Shown piece after piece: positions 8,451 through 17,905 of a DNA stretch of 64,000 nucleotides (position 1 is the first letter of the stretch; each line of letters opens with the position of its first letter). The notes beneath the pieces are model-generated. The model had not been told where the DNA came from and did no database searches. It saw only the letters and a program-made list of their open reading frames with translations. A program made the position numbers and the translations under genes. Origin of the DNA: Clostridiales bacterium (GTDB taxonomy: Bacteria; Bacillota; Clostridia; Oscillospirales; Oscillospiraceae); assembly GCA_004556205.1 (NCBI GenBank), contig SFIL01000016.1, forward strand, positions 3,898 to 67,897, in the 5' to 3' direction.

Positions 8451-10200
8451 CGCTTACTTTTTGACTGCCGTTGTGCAGGAACTGAGCCCGATCCTGCTCG
8501 GTGCGCGCATTGATAAAATTCAGCAACCCTCGCGCGACACGGTGCTTTTGCAGCTCCGCGGACGGGAAAAGCTTCTGCTCTCGGCGAATGTCAATCGCCC
8601 GCGCATTCATCTGACGCAGGCGAGCTTTGACAATCCCGCGCAGCCGCCGATGTTCTGTATGCTTCTGCGCAAGCATCTGTCCGGCGGACGCATCTCGGAG
8701 ATCACGCAGCCTACCGCCGAACGCGTCGTGCATCTCAGCTTTGACTGCACGGATGAGATGGGCGTTCCCTGCCGTAAGGAGCTGATCTTGGAGCTGATGG
8801 GGCGGAATTCCAATCTCATCCTGACGGGCGCGGACGGGCGTATTCTCGACTGCCTGCGGCGCGTGGATTTTGAGATGTCCGAGACGCGGCAATTGCTTCC
8901 CGGGCTGTTCTATCACGAGCCGCCCAAGCAGGCCAAGCGCATCCCGCACGAGACGGGAGAGGCGGAGCTTTTGGCGCTTTTGCAGGCGGAGAACAGCCCG
9001 AAGCGACTGGATAAATGGCTGATCGACACCTTCGCCGGGCTGTCCCCTCTGATCGCGCGCGAACTGACCTACCGTCTGAGCGGCGAGACGGACACGGATA
9101 TTTTAACCATCGACCGACCGAAAGCGGCGGCGTTTTTGGCGCGGGAGCTTTCCATGAAGGAAATACCGAAGCCCTATCTGCTTTTGCGTGAGGGCGAGGA
9201 AAAGCCCGCCGATTTCACCTATCGTCCGATCGTCCAGTACGGCAATTATATGCTTGGACGCGAAATGGCAAGCTTTTCCGCCCTGCTCGACGCGTTTTAT
9301 ACCGAGACGGACCGTGCCGACCGCATTCGGCAGAAGTCGCAGACCCTGCGCAAAACGGTCACGACGCTGCATGACCGCGCCCTGCGCAAGCTTGAAATAC
9401 AGCGGCAGGAGCGCGAGGCGACGCTCGACCGCGAGGCCCTGCGCCGCATGGGCGACATCGTCACCGCGAATCTCCACGCAATCACACGCGGACAGACGCT
9501 CCTCCGCGCAGTGGATTTTTACGATGCGGAGATGAAAGAAATTGAAATACCGCTCAAGCCGAATCTCTCGCCGCAACAGAATGCCGCGAAGTTTTACAAG
9601 GACTACGCCAAGGCAAAACACGCGGAAAAGATTCTCACCGAGCAGATCGCGCACGGTGAAATAGAGGTCAATTATCTCGCGGGCGTGTTAGAGGAGCTGG
9701 CGCGAGCGGAAAATGAGCGAGATTTGAGCGAAATACGAGCGGAATTGGAGGAGGGCGGCTATCTCCGCTCTGCCGACCGCCAGAAAAACGGCAAAGCAGG
9801 CAAGCAGATGAAGCAAGCACCCTCTAAGCCGATGGCATTCCGCTCCTCCGACGGTTTCCCAATCTTAGTCGGGCGCAACAACCGTCAAAACGATCAATTA
9901 TCACTCAAAAGCGCTCATAAAAGTGACATCTGGCTGCACGCACAGAAAATTCACGGCGCACACGTCATAATCGAGTGTGCCGGCGCAGAGGTTCCCGATC
10001 AAACGATCACTGAGGCAGCAATGCTGGCAGCGTATTATTCCGAGGCGCGGGAGGGTCAGAATGTTCCCGTCGATGTGACACCGGTGCGATTCTTGAAAAA
10101 GCCGAACGGTGCCAAGCCCGGTATGGTGGTCTATGACCGCTATCGCACCGTCATCGTCACCCCAAGCGCCACTCTGCCCGTAGCTCTGCAGAAGGGCTGA
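8440..10200 (+). CDS. rqcH: NFACT-family ribosome quality-control protein RqcH (FbpA)
   Basis: MPFDA start, PPMFCMLLRKHL, ELMGRNSN, GRNNRQND, WLHAQKIHGAHV, KPGMVVY. Confidence 0.93.
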   Translation: MPFDAYFLTAVVQELSPILLGARIDKIQQPSRDTVLLQLRGREKLLLSANVNRPRIHLTQASFDNPAQPPMFCMLLRKHLSGGRISEITQPTAERVVHLSFDCTDEMGVPCRKELILELMGRNSNLILTGADGRILDCLRRVDFEMSETRQLLPGLFYHEPPKQAKRIPHETGEAELLALLQAENSPKRLDKWLIDTFAGLSPLIARELTYRLSGETDTDILTIDRPKAAAFLARELSMKEIPKPYLLLREGEEKPADFTYRPIVQYGNYMLGREMASFSALLDAFYTETDRADRIRQKSQTLRKTVTTLHDRALRKLEIQRQEREATLDREALRRMGDIVTANLHAITRGQTLLRAVDFYDAEMKEIEIPLKPNLSPQQNAAKFYKDYAKAKHAEKILTEQIAHGEIEVNYLAGVLEELARAENERDLSEIRAELEEGGYLRSADRQKNGKAGKQMKQAPSKPMAFRSSDGFPILVGRNNRQNDQLSLKSAHKSDIWLHAQKIHGAHVIIECAGAEVPDQTITEAAMLAAYYSEAREGQNVPVDVTPVRFLKKPNGAKPGMVVYDRYRTVIVTPSATLPVALQKG

Positions 10201-10245
10201 TACAGCGCACGCACGCTTTGACATTGCATCCCGTTTTACGAAAGA

Positions 10246-10285
10246 AAGCTCCGCTGCGGATCGCTTGCGATCCGCAGCGGAGCTT
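10246..10285. terminator. 19-bp perfect hairpin between convergent genes
   Basis: AAGCTCCGCTGCGGATCGC-TT-GCGATCCGCAGCGGAGCTT. Confidence 0.6.
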
Positions 10286-10339
10286 ATTCGTATGCGCGGG
10301 CAGCACTGCTGCGTTTTTTCGGGAGAACACATTCTCAAA

Positions 10340-10390
10340 GGAACCTCCGAATAAATCGCTGACCACGCTTGCGATTTCATCAGAGGTTCC
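10340..10390. mobile_element. short family C MITE
   Basis: GGAACCTCCGAATAAATC ... GATTTCATCAGAGGTTCC. Confidence 0.65.
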
Positions 10391-10402
10391 CAAGAATCGG
10401 TA

Positions 10403-10714
10403 TCAATCCAACGATTTCAGATAAAGCGTCAGCAGTGCGAGTGCCGTTTCGCGGTTTCTCGGCGAGCAGGTGTTCAGGCGTTCGAGCAACTCTTCCAGGC
10501 GCAGCGTGCAGAGCGGGCTATCGTCCGTGAGAAGCTCATCCGGCGTAACATGCAGCACGGCGCAGATCCTCAGTACGGTTTCCACGCGCATATTCACATT
10601 TCCGCATTCGATATCGGCGTATGCGCGATCCGAAAGCCCCGCCTGCGTCAAGCCCATTCGTTTACGAAATGCCAGCATTCTGTTCCCGATCGTTCGAAAA
10701 TCGTATATCAGCAT
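10403..10714 (-). CDS. XRE-family HTH regulator, apparently missing about 6 residues of helix 2
   Basis: IGNRMLAFRKRMGLTQA-GLSDRAYADIECG...LHVTPDELL; GGAGG RBS. Confidence 0.75.
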   Translation of the reverse strand: MLIYDFRTIGNRMLAFRKRMGLTQAGLSDRAYADIECGNVNMRVETVLRICAVLHVTPDELLTDDSPLCTLRLEELLERLNTCSPRNRETALALLTLYLKSLD

Positions 10715-10743
10715 ATGTGCCCTCCCTCGCCTTCATTGATTCT

Positions 10744-10797
10744 ATAGGAATTAGAGTTCCTATCTCGCTTGACAAATAGGAAGTACGCTGCTATAAT
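10744..10797 (+). promoter_or_regulatory. consensus sigma-A promoter with upstream palindromic operator
   Basis: ATAGGAA-N6-TTCCTAT at 10744-10763; TTGACA (10769-10774), 17 bp, TATAAT (10792-10797) with TG extension. Confidence 0.7.
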
Positions 10798-10894
10798 TAT
10801 AAAATATAAAAAATACAGCTCCTGTTTGTTCTGTGCCCACTCCTTTTCGCAGCGGCGGGAACTGAATTTAGAGATAAAACGGAGGTATACGAAC

Positions 10895-12136
10895 ATGAAA
10901 AAAATGAAAAGAACCGCTCGCATTTTCCTCACCGCGCTCTTGCTTATTGCGTTACTTGCATCCTCTGTGGCTTACGCCGCAAGCTATCCCTTAATCTACC
11001 TCGCCTCAGATTCGTATAACATGACCTACGCTGAGGGCACAGTCGCAAAATTCACGTTCACAATTTTCCCCGAGTATAAGAACGAAACGCTGCATTTCAA
11101 TGTGTATGACGCAAACCATAAGAGTGTCGCCTATCTGGATCAAGACTTCTATAACACCTCCAGCAAGATGCGCGAATTTACGGTCACCGTGAATACAGCG
11201 GGCTACTCCGGCACCTACACGGTTGAATACTATATGTCCTTCTATTCTTTCATGGAATGGCACGACGCGCCCCGTAAATACACCACGACCATGACGGTGG
11301 TCAAGGGCTGCACCGGCGGCGCACACACCTGGGACAAGGGCTATGTATACAATGAACCGACCTGCACGGAAACCGGCAAGGCAAAGTTCACCTGCACCAA
11401 GTGCGGCGTGACACAGTTTGATGAGATCGCCGCGCTGGGACATGCGTGGAATAACGGCGAAATCACACTCGAGCCGACGCAGACGACCGACGGTAAGATG
11501 CTGTACACCTGTACACGCTGCGATGCCACAAAGGAGGTCACCATCTATTGTACCGGCGGCGGAAGCTGCGCGAGCAGCAAGTTCACCGACGCGCCTTCGA
11601 TCTCCAACTGGGCGCACAGAGGCATTGACTTCGCGGTGGAGCATGGTCTTTTCGGCGGTACAAGCGCAACGACCTTTGAGCCGGAAAGCCCGATGACAAG
11701 AGCAATGCTCGTCACCGTGCTGTGGCGTTATGAGGGGCAGCCGACCGGCTACGAAAACACCTTCTCCGATGTGAACGCGAAGGACGGAAGCTGGTACATT
11801 GACGCGGTTGCCTGGGCAGCCTCCGACGGCATTGTCGGCGGTATCGGCAAGAACCGCTTTGATCCCGAAGGCAAGATCACCCGTGAGCAGATGGCAACGA
11901 TCCTCTACCGTTACGCGGACAAGCGCGGGATCGACACCGATGCGTACGATGATCTGAGTGCCTTCCCCGATGCAGACAAGGTGGAAAGCTGGGCAAAGGA
12001 CGCAATGCAGTGGGCAGTCGCGGAGAATCTGATCGGCGGCTCCGACGGCATGCTGCTGCCGCAGGGCAACGCGACCAGAGCACAGGTTGCGACAATCCTG
12101 ATGCGCTTTATCCAGAACGTTGTTAACGCAGGTTAA
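10895..12136 (+). CDS. secreted SLH-domain surface protein with Cys-rich repeats
   Basis: Signal peptide MKKMKR...AYA; HxW..G...PT...G...TC..C repeats; three SLH motifs (TRAMLVT, TREQMAT, TRAQVAT). Confidence 0.88.
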   Translation: MKKMKRTARIFLTALLLIALLASSVAYAASYPLIYLASDSYNMTYAEGTVAKFTFTIFPEYKNETLHFNVYDANHKSVAYLDQDFYNTSSKMREFTVTVNTAGYSGTYTVEYYMSFYSFMEWHDAPRKYTTTMTVVKGCTGGAHTWDKGYVYNEPTCTETGKAKFTCTKCGVTQFDEIAALGHAWNNGEITLEPTQTTDGKMLYTCTRCDATKEVTIYCTGGGSCASSKFTDAPSISNWAHRGIDFAVEHGLFGGTSATTFEPESPMTRAMLVTVLWRYEGQPTGYENTFSDVNAKDGSWYIDAVAWAASDGIVGGIGKNRFDPEGKITREQMATILYRYADKRGIDTDAYDDLSAFPDADKVESWAKDAMQWAVAENLIGGSDGMLLPQGNATRAQVATILMRFIQNVVNAG

Positions 12137-12160
12137 CAAAATCAAGGGGTAGCCCCAACG

Positions 12161-12544
12161 TGTCATTGCGAGGAGCGCAGCGACATGGCAATCTCGTGCA
12201 GGCAATTTCTCTCATGTCATTCTGAGGGAGCAACGCGGCCGAAGAATCTCCTGTGTAGGCTGAAGTTCCTGCATGAGATTCTTCGCCGGCACTCAGAATG
12301 ACATGAACGAGACTTTTTCGAAACACTGAAACAGCTCCCGATGAAGCTTTCATCGGGAGCTGTTTGCATGTTGAAAAAGTCCTCTGTGCCATTCCGAGGA
12401 GGCGGTACGCCGACGAAGAATCTTGGGAACCTCTGAATAAATCGGCTACGGTGGTCAGCGGATCTTTTGCCGCAGCCGATTTATTTAGAGGTTCCCTAAA
12501 GCTTTTTGACAGACTAAAGCGAGGGTGCGGTGCACCCTCGCTTT
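12161..12544. repeat. mosaic cluster of REP/MITE-like units
   Basis: Family A unit 12161-12195; TGTCATTCTGAG...GAAGAATCT units 12215-12303; palindromes near 12329-12365 and 12516-12544; family C MITE 12426-12495. Confidence 0.75.
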
Positions 12545-12611
12545 GCTGTGTAAAGAATCCGATACGGAAATATACCGACATCCGATTCCCCTATGAATCT
12601 CTTACGTTCGA

Positions 12612-15600
12612 TTATTCGCCGTACAGTTCGAGCCAAATGCAGAAGACCTTTGCCGCCTGCGCGCGGGTGGCAAGACCCTGCGGATCAAGGTAGAAGTTCT
12701 TGTCGCCTTCAAAGGTGGTGCCGCCGATGATCTCCTTGCCGACTGCCCACTTCATCGCCTCAACGGCGTATTTCGTGACCTTTTCGGCATCCTTGAACTT
12801 GCTGAGGTCGCCCGTGCCGGCTTCTTCTTTCTCGATACGGTGGAACATCGTCACCATTTCCTCACGGGTGACGTTGCCCTCGGGATTGAAGCAGTTATTG
12901 CCGACGCCGTTGACAACGCCTTCCTTCTGCGCCCAGGCAATCGCCTTGGCATAATACTGATCCTGCGGGACATCGGTGAAGGTGCTGTAGCCCTCGACCT
13001 CCGGTTCGCCCGCAACGCGGTAGAGCATGACTGCCATCTGACCGCGAGTCAGATTGTCCTCCGGCCCGAAGGTCGTTGCGGTGTTGCCGTTAACGATGCC
13101 CGCCGCAGACATCTGCATCACGTAATCATAGTACCATGCGTCTTCCTTCACATCGGTAAAGGTCTTCGCGGGAACGATGGTGATTCTTCCTTCACCGGTA
13201 ACCTCCGCGTAGTTCGCGCCGAGGACGGAGTTTGCAGCTTCAATCTCATGCTTGCCGTCCTTTTCGGGGAAGGACTTGACATAGTTTGCAAGCACCAGGT
13301 AGTCCTCCATGACATAGTCGAGGACATTGACCGCACCCTTAAACATTGCGAAGCCGTCGCCGAGGTCACGCAGTGTGTAGTTATAGCCCGCCATGTTGTA
13401 GGTCTTGGTCAGGTCGAGCGGTTCGCCGCCGATGGTGACGTTCTTCACGCGGTACTCGCCGGTGGGTCCCGCAGTCCATACGCCCTTCTCATCCTTCTGC
13501 ACGGTGCTGGGGATATAGGTGTGGATCTCATAGGTCACGCCGGATACCTGAAGGAAGCCGCCGCATTCCGCCTTGCCGACATCACGGGCGCCCCATTCGA
13601 GCGCGTCGAGGATCTGCTGACCGGTGACCGTGATCAGGCAAGCGACGTTGCCAAAGGTGTGGATCGTCTTGCAGGTCTTGTAGGAGATATCGCCGGTGAC
13701 CGCATTGTTGCGGACACCGCCGCCGTTCATAATGGCAAGGTCGACATCGAGATCCATGTTATCGAACAGATAGTACAGCGCGTCAGCCGCAAAGTCGCCG
13801 GTGTTGGTCTCCTGCTTACGCACAAGACGGATGGCATTCTGGTCAGCGGGAACATTACGATCGTAGTTGTCGAAGGTCAGCGCGGTATGACCGATGACCT
13901 CGCCGAGTTTCGTGTCGATCTCCGCAATATGCTCGTCCTTGATCGCCTTGACCGCCGCGTCGGAGCCGGTGTATTCGGTGATCAGCTCGGACTTGATGCC
14001 GTCGGCGCTGATACTCATTCTGCCGATGGCATCAAAGTAGCTGCCGGTCTGTGTCAGAACGACGGTCTCGCCGTCCTTGTCCTTGACCTCCTTCATCGGA
14101 ACGGTGCTGTGGGAGTGGCCATCGATGAACGCGTCAAGACCGGTGGTGTTGGCAATGACCTCTTCACTCGTCCAGGGCTTGCTGGAGGGGTCGTCGCCGC
14201 AGTGGCCGAGAGCGATGACATAGTCCGCGCCGGCCCTCTTGGCTGCGTCAACGGCAGCCTGCACGGCTGCGTACAGCTCCTTGCCGTCGGTGCCGCCGGA
14301 GATGCCGTAGATGTAGTTGCCGTTTTCATCCTGGAAATACTTCGGAGTGGACTTAGTGAAGGATTCCGGCGTGGTGACGCCGACAACGGCGATCTTCTTG
14401 CCGCCGGCTTCGAAGATCTTGAAGCCGTCAAGAACGCCGCCCGTTGCCATGCCGTGATCCTCATGGTAGAAGTTGCAGGAGAGGTAGGGATAGTCCGCTT
14501 CCTCGATGATTTCAAGCGTGCGCTCCATGCCGTAGTCAAACTCATGGTTGCCGAGGGTCGCTGCATCGTAGCCCGCAGCGTTCATCAGCTTGATGATGGT
14601 TTCGCCCTTGTCCATGGAACCGTAAGCGGTGCCCTGCACATGGTCGCCTGCGTCAAGCAGGAGGACGCCCTTTGCCCATGTCGCCGTCTCGTCCTTCAGC
14701 GCGGCAATGTTGTCATAAGACAGTGCGCCGTCAATGTAGGTGTGAACGTCGTTGGTGTAATAGATGATGACCTGATCCTTCGGCTCAAGCAGCTTCCATG
14801 TGGAGGTGATGGTCGGCGTGATCTTGCCCGCCTTCTGGATGTAGTCCATCAGGAGGCTTCTTGCTTGACCGAGATCCTCGCCCTGAATCATGTCGAACTG
14901 GGTCGAGTAGATGATGCGGTCGGGATCGTTCGCTTCAAACTCGCAGCCGTGGGCGTTGAGCCACTTGACATAGTTGCCGCCGCCGTTGTAGCGGTAGTTG
15001 TTGACGACGACCGTAAAGGTATCGTCCGCTTTGACTTCCTCGCCGTTGTAGGTCATGGAAGCGATACGTCTGCCGACCGGCTCGGTGTAGTCGATCTCGT
15101 AGGAGAAGCCGTCGCCGTAGATAACGTCATAGTAGGTGAGGTCGCCGTTCGTGACATAGGGCTTGCCCTCGCCGTCGATGCGGATCTTCGAGGCGGCGAA
15201 TTCGAGCCACTGATGGATCTCCTCGCCGTTCATGGTGATCTGATAGAACCAGTTTTCGAAGCGGTAGAGCTTGAACATATCGCCGAGGAAGATATCACCC
15301 TTGTCGATGATGTTCGCATTGTCGCCCGAGGTCAGCGGCGCGGAAATGGAGAGCTGCGCGGGCTTGTCGTCGGTCTTGTCATCGGGCGTGTTCAGCCCGG
15401 TGTTGTCATAAGCGCCCCAGAGCTGGACTGTGTTAATCAGGTCCATAAACGCCGACGGCGCGGTGCCGAGGTTCGCAGCAGGATAGTCATCGGTCGCCTC
15501 ACCGATCTTGATGCCCATATATTCGTTCCAAACGGTTTCCTCATAGGGCTTGAGGATCTCAACAAGCGCCTCGTCGAGGGCATAATTCTCCATGTTCTTG

Positions 15601-16565
15601 ACTTCCGGGGTCAGGGTTGCCTCGCCCGTGGTCTTGTTGTAAGAGACAGCAACCTGCGCGACGGCGCGCGCCTTGGTGTAAGGCTGGAGGATGGGAACGG
15701 TCTTGCCGTCCTTGTTGGCGACCTCCGTCACCTGATTGCCATGCTCATGACCGGAGAAGACACAGGCAATGCTGTTCGTCTCCTGCACAAGACGCTCCAT
15801 GAAGTCCGAGCCTTCGTCCGAGCCGATGCCGCTGTGGGCCATAACGACGATCATGTCCGCCTTTTCGAGCATTTCCGGCTCATAGTGCTTATAGGTCTCG
15901 ATAATATCCGCAAAGTAGATGCCCTTCCAGTTGGCGGGGATATCCCACTTCGGGACATTCGGGTTGCCGAAGCCGATGATGGCGACCTTCACGCCGCCCA
16001 TTTCCTTGATGACATAGGGCTCGTAGCCGTTCCAGGTTTTCCAGTCCTTGCTCTCGGCACTATTCGTGCCTGCGTCAAGGTAGTTCGCCACGCAGACATT
16101 CATCTGCTTTTCCGTTTCGGTGCTTTCGGCGGTCGCATAGTCCAACTGACGCTGCAGGATCTTCAGACCGTAGTTGAACTCATGGTTGCCCACGACCCAC
16201 ATATCGTAGCCGATGGTACGCAGCGCCTTGATTGCGGGATCGTCTTCCTCGGGCTTCTGGAATGCGTAGTAATAAGTCAGCGGAGCGCCCTGAATCGTAT
16301 CGCCGAGATCGGCAACGAAGAGGCTTTCTCCGTACTTTTCACGCATTTCCCCGATGTAGGTGGACACGCGGGTCAGGCCGCGTTTATAAGTGCCGCTTTG
16401 GGATTGATCCACCGTGTAATCCGTGGCATAGATCTGACCGTGCAGGTCGGACGTCACCACAAATGCGAATTCCGTTTTCTCATCCTCTGCGAAAACGGAC
16501 GGGAGCATTGCCAGCACCATGCACAGCACCAGCAGCATAGACAGAACGCGCGATAGCTTCTTCAT
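12612..16565 (-). CDS. SLH-anchored multifunctional 2',3'-cyclic-nucleotide phosphodiesterase / 5'-nucleotidase with two tandem metallophosphoesterase units
   Basis: Signal peptide; SDLHG/DLGD/GNHEFN/SGHEH and NDVH/DAGD/GNHEFD/DGHSH motif sets, each followed by a 5'-nucleotidase C domain; three SLH repeats. Confidence 0.92.
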   Translation of the reverse strand: MKKLSRVLSMLLVLCMVLAMLPSVFAEDEKTEFAFVVTSDLHGQIYATDYTVDQSQSGTYKRGLTRVSTYIGEMREKYGESLFVADLGDTIQGAPLTYYYAFQKPEEDDPAIKALRTIGYDMWVVGNHEFNYGLKILQRQLDYATAESTETEKQMNVCVANYLDAGTNSAESKDWKTWNGYEPYVIKEMGGVKVAIIGFGNPNVPKWDIPANWKGIYFADIIETYKHYEPEMLEKADMIVVMAHSGIGSDEGSDFMERLVQETNSIACVFSGHEHGNQVTEVANKDGKTVPILQPYTKARAVAQVAVSYNKTTGEATLTPEVKNMENYALDEALVEILKPYEETVWNEYMGIKIGEATDDYPAANLGTAPSAFMDLINTVQLWGAYDNTGLNTPDDKTDDKPAQLSISAPLTSGDNANIIDKGDIFLGDMFKLYRFENWFYQITMNGEEIHQWLEFAASKIRIDGEGKPYVTNGDLTYYDVIYGDGFSYEIDYTEPVGRRIASMTYNGEEVKADDTFTVVVNNYRYNGGGNYVKWLNAHGCEFEANDPDRIIYSTQFDMIQGEDLGQARSLLMDYIQKAGKITPTITSTWKLLEPKDQVIIYYTNDVHTYIDGALSYDNIAALKDETATWAKGVLLLDAGDHVQGTAYGSMDKGETIIKLMNAAGYDAATLGNHEFDYGMERTLEIIEEADYPYLSCNFYHEDHGMATGGVLDGFKIFEAGGKKIAVVGVTTPESFTKSTPKYFQDENGNYIYGISGGTDGKELYAAVQAAVDAAKRAGADYVIALGHCGDDPSSKPWTSEEVIANTTGLDAFIDGHSHSTVPMKEVKDKDGETVVLTQTGSYFDAIGRMSISADGIKSELITEYTGSDAAVKAIKDEHIAEIDTKLGEVIGHTALTFDNYDRNVPADQNAIRLVRKQETNTGDFAADALYYLFDNMDLDVDLAIMNGGGVRNNAVTGDISYKTCKTIHTFGNVACLITVTGQQILDALEWGARDVGKAECGGFLQVSGVTYEIHTYIPSTVQKDEKGVWTAGPTGEYRVKNVTIGGEPLDLTKTYNMAGYNYTLRDLGDGFAMFKGAVNVLDYVMEDYLVLANYVKSFPEKDGKHEIEAANSVLGANYAEVTGEGRITIVPAKTFTDVKEDAWYYDYVMQMSAAGIVNGNTATTFGPEDNLTRGQMAVMLYRVAGEPEVEGYSTFTDVPQDQYYAKAIAWAQKEGVVNGVGNNCFNPEGNVTREEMVTMFHRIEKEEAGTGDLSKFKDAEKVTKYAVEAMKWAVGKEIIGGTTFEGDKNFYLDPQGLATRAQAAKVFCIWLELYGE

Positions 16566-16731
16566 ATGGTACTCTCCTTCTCACAATAAGATTTGGGATA
16601 CGAACCGCATCCTCTGTTTCATTATAACATTCTTTCAAGTTTTGTCTATACAGGTGATGTAAATTTGTAGGATTGCACAAACCATCCCCCTTGGAATCAG
16701 CCATTCTGCCCCGTATGGGCGAAGGGCTAAG

Positions 16732-16806
16732 AGTGAACAGTGAATAGTGAACAACTAAGGATGCCGCGCGCTACAGCTTCCCACAGACAGCCACCTATTC
16801 ACTATT
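16732..16806. repeat. inverted heptamer repeats (AGTGAAY x3 ... TATTCACTATT)
   Basis: AGTGAAC AGTGAAT AGTGAAC at 16732-16752; reverse-complement copy near 16796-16806. Confidence 0.55.
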
Positions 16807-16848
16807 AAAACGATCTCCCCCCGAAATTGCGGAGGGAGATCGTTTTTT
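16807..16848 (-). terminator. rho-independent terminator
   Basis: AAAACGATCTCCC...GGGAGATCGTTTT. Confidence 0.75.
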
Positions 16849-17774
16849 TATTGCAGATACCGATTTTCGAGCGTCTGCACCATATCGACATAGGTGTCAC
16901 GGCAGTCGGCGTAGCGTTCTTCGCGCAGCGCCTCGTAGCATGGCGTCAGCCAGCGCTCGCGCACCTCGGCATAGCGCGCTTTGCCGTCGTCGCACAGGTC
17001 GATGCAGGTGACGATGGCAGGCGCAATCTCATAATATTTCTCAATCAACGCCTCCCCGCCGTGCTCGGTCAGCCAGCCGTCGCGGAAGGCGCGAAAGGCG
17101 GTCAGCTCGGCGCAGTCATCAGGCTTACCCTCGTTTCGGCAGGTTGCAGTCGTGATAAAGCAGAATTTACGCTTTTTGAAGCCGCCGGCCAGCACATCAT
17201 AATCGCCGGGCATCCACGGCTCCTTCGGCCAGCGCTTGAGCCAACCCTCGTGCAGCGCGGTGCGGAACGCCTCCGCCGATGCCAGCTTGAGCTTTCTTAC
17301 CAACGGTGTCATGAAAATCGCAAGCACAACCTTGACCTCAAACATCAGGTTCGAGCGGCCGTTCTTCTTGTTCCAGCGAGGATCCTTCTGCATATAGGCT
17401 TCCAGCTCGTCCAAGAGATCCTCTGCGATTTGGCGCATACATTTGTCCGTCTGCCCCGGGCAAAGCCGCGCACAGACGTCCAGTTGCTCGAGGAGCGGCG
17501 TATTCTCCTTCTCATATGCCTCAAAAGCAGGAAAAAATTCCTTTTTCGTGATTTTTCTATGATAATCAGGGTATTTTATCACAGCCTCCGGCAATTTTTC
17601 ACGCAGCTCGGCGCGTATCTCTTCATAGGCGCTGCCCGCGCTCTCGTTCATTGCCTTTACGGCGGCGGTACGGGCGCGTTTGCCGCAGTACATACAGGAG
17701 AATTCCTCCAACGCCGCGGGAACCTCCAACGTGTTGCCGCATTCGGGACAGGTCAAGTGTATCGTCTCTGCCAT
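16848..17774 (-). CDS. zinc-ribbon protein with C-terminal CFI-box-CTERM domain
   Basis: N-terminal CPECG...CMYCG; C-terminal CFITTATC...DDCAELTAFRAFRDGWL...YYEIAP. Confidence 0.8.
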   Translation of the reverse strand: MAETIHLTCPECGNTLEVPAALEEFSCMYCGKRARTAAVKAMNESAGSAYEEIRAELREKLPEAVIKYPDYHRKITKKEFFPAFEAYEKENTPLLEQLDVCARLCPGQTDKCMRQIAEDLLDELEAYMQKDPRWNKKNGRSNLMFEVKVVLAIFMTPLVRKLKLASAEAFRTALHEGWLKRWPKEPWMPGDYDVLAGGFKKRKFCFITTATCRNEGKPDDCAELTAFRAFRDGWLTEHGGEALIEKYYEIAPAIVTCIDLCDDGKARYAEVRERWLTPCYEALREERYADCRDTYVDMVQTLENRYLQ

Positions 17775-17905
17775 GAATATCACGCTCCTTCTGTGTTATT
17801 CTTCCATATTTCGCGCGCCGTGTCAACCGCATAAGGAAACTTTTTTCATTCCGTTCACATTTTTTCGCAACTGCGGGAAATACTACGCTCGAAAGAAGGG
17901 ATGAC

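Noticed and set aside
12840..16556. 1238-aa plus-strand ORF
   Set aside because: Antisense shadow of the nucleotidase gene; no motifs, typical of high-GC codon bias
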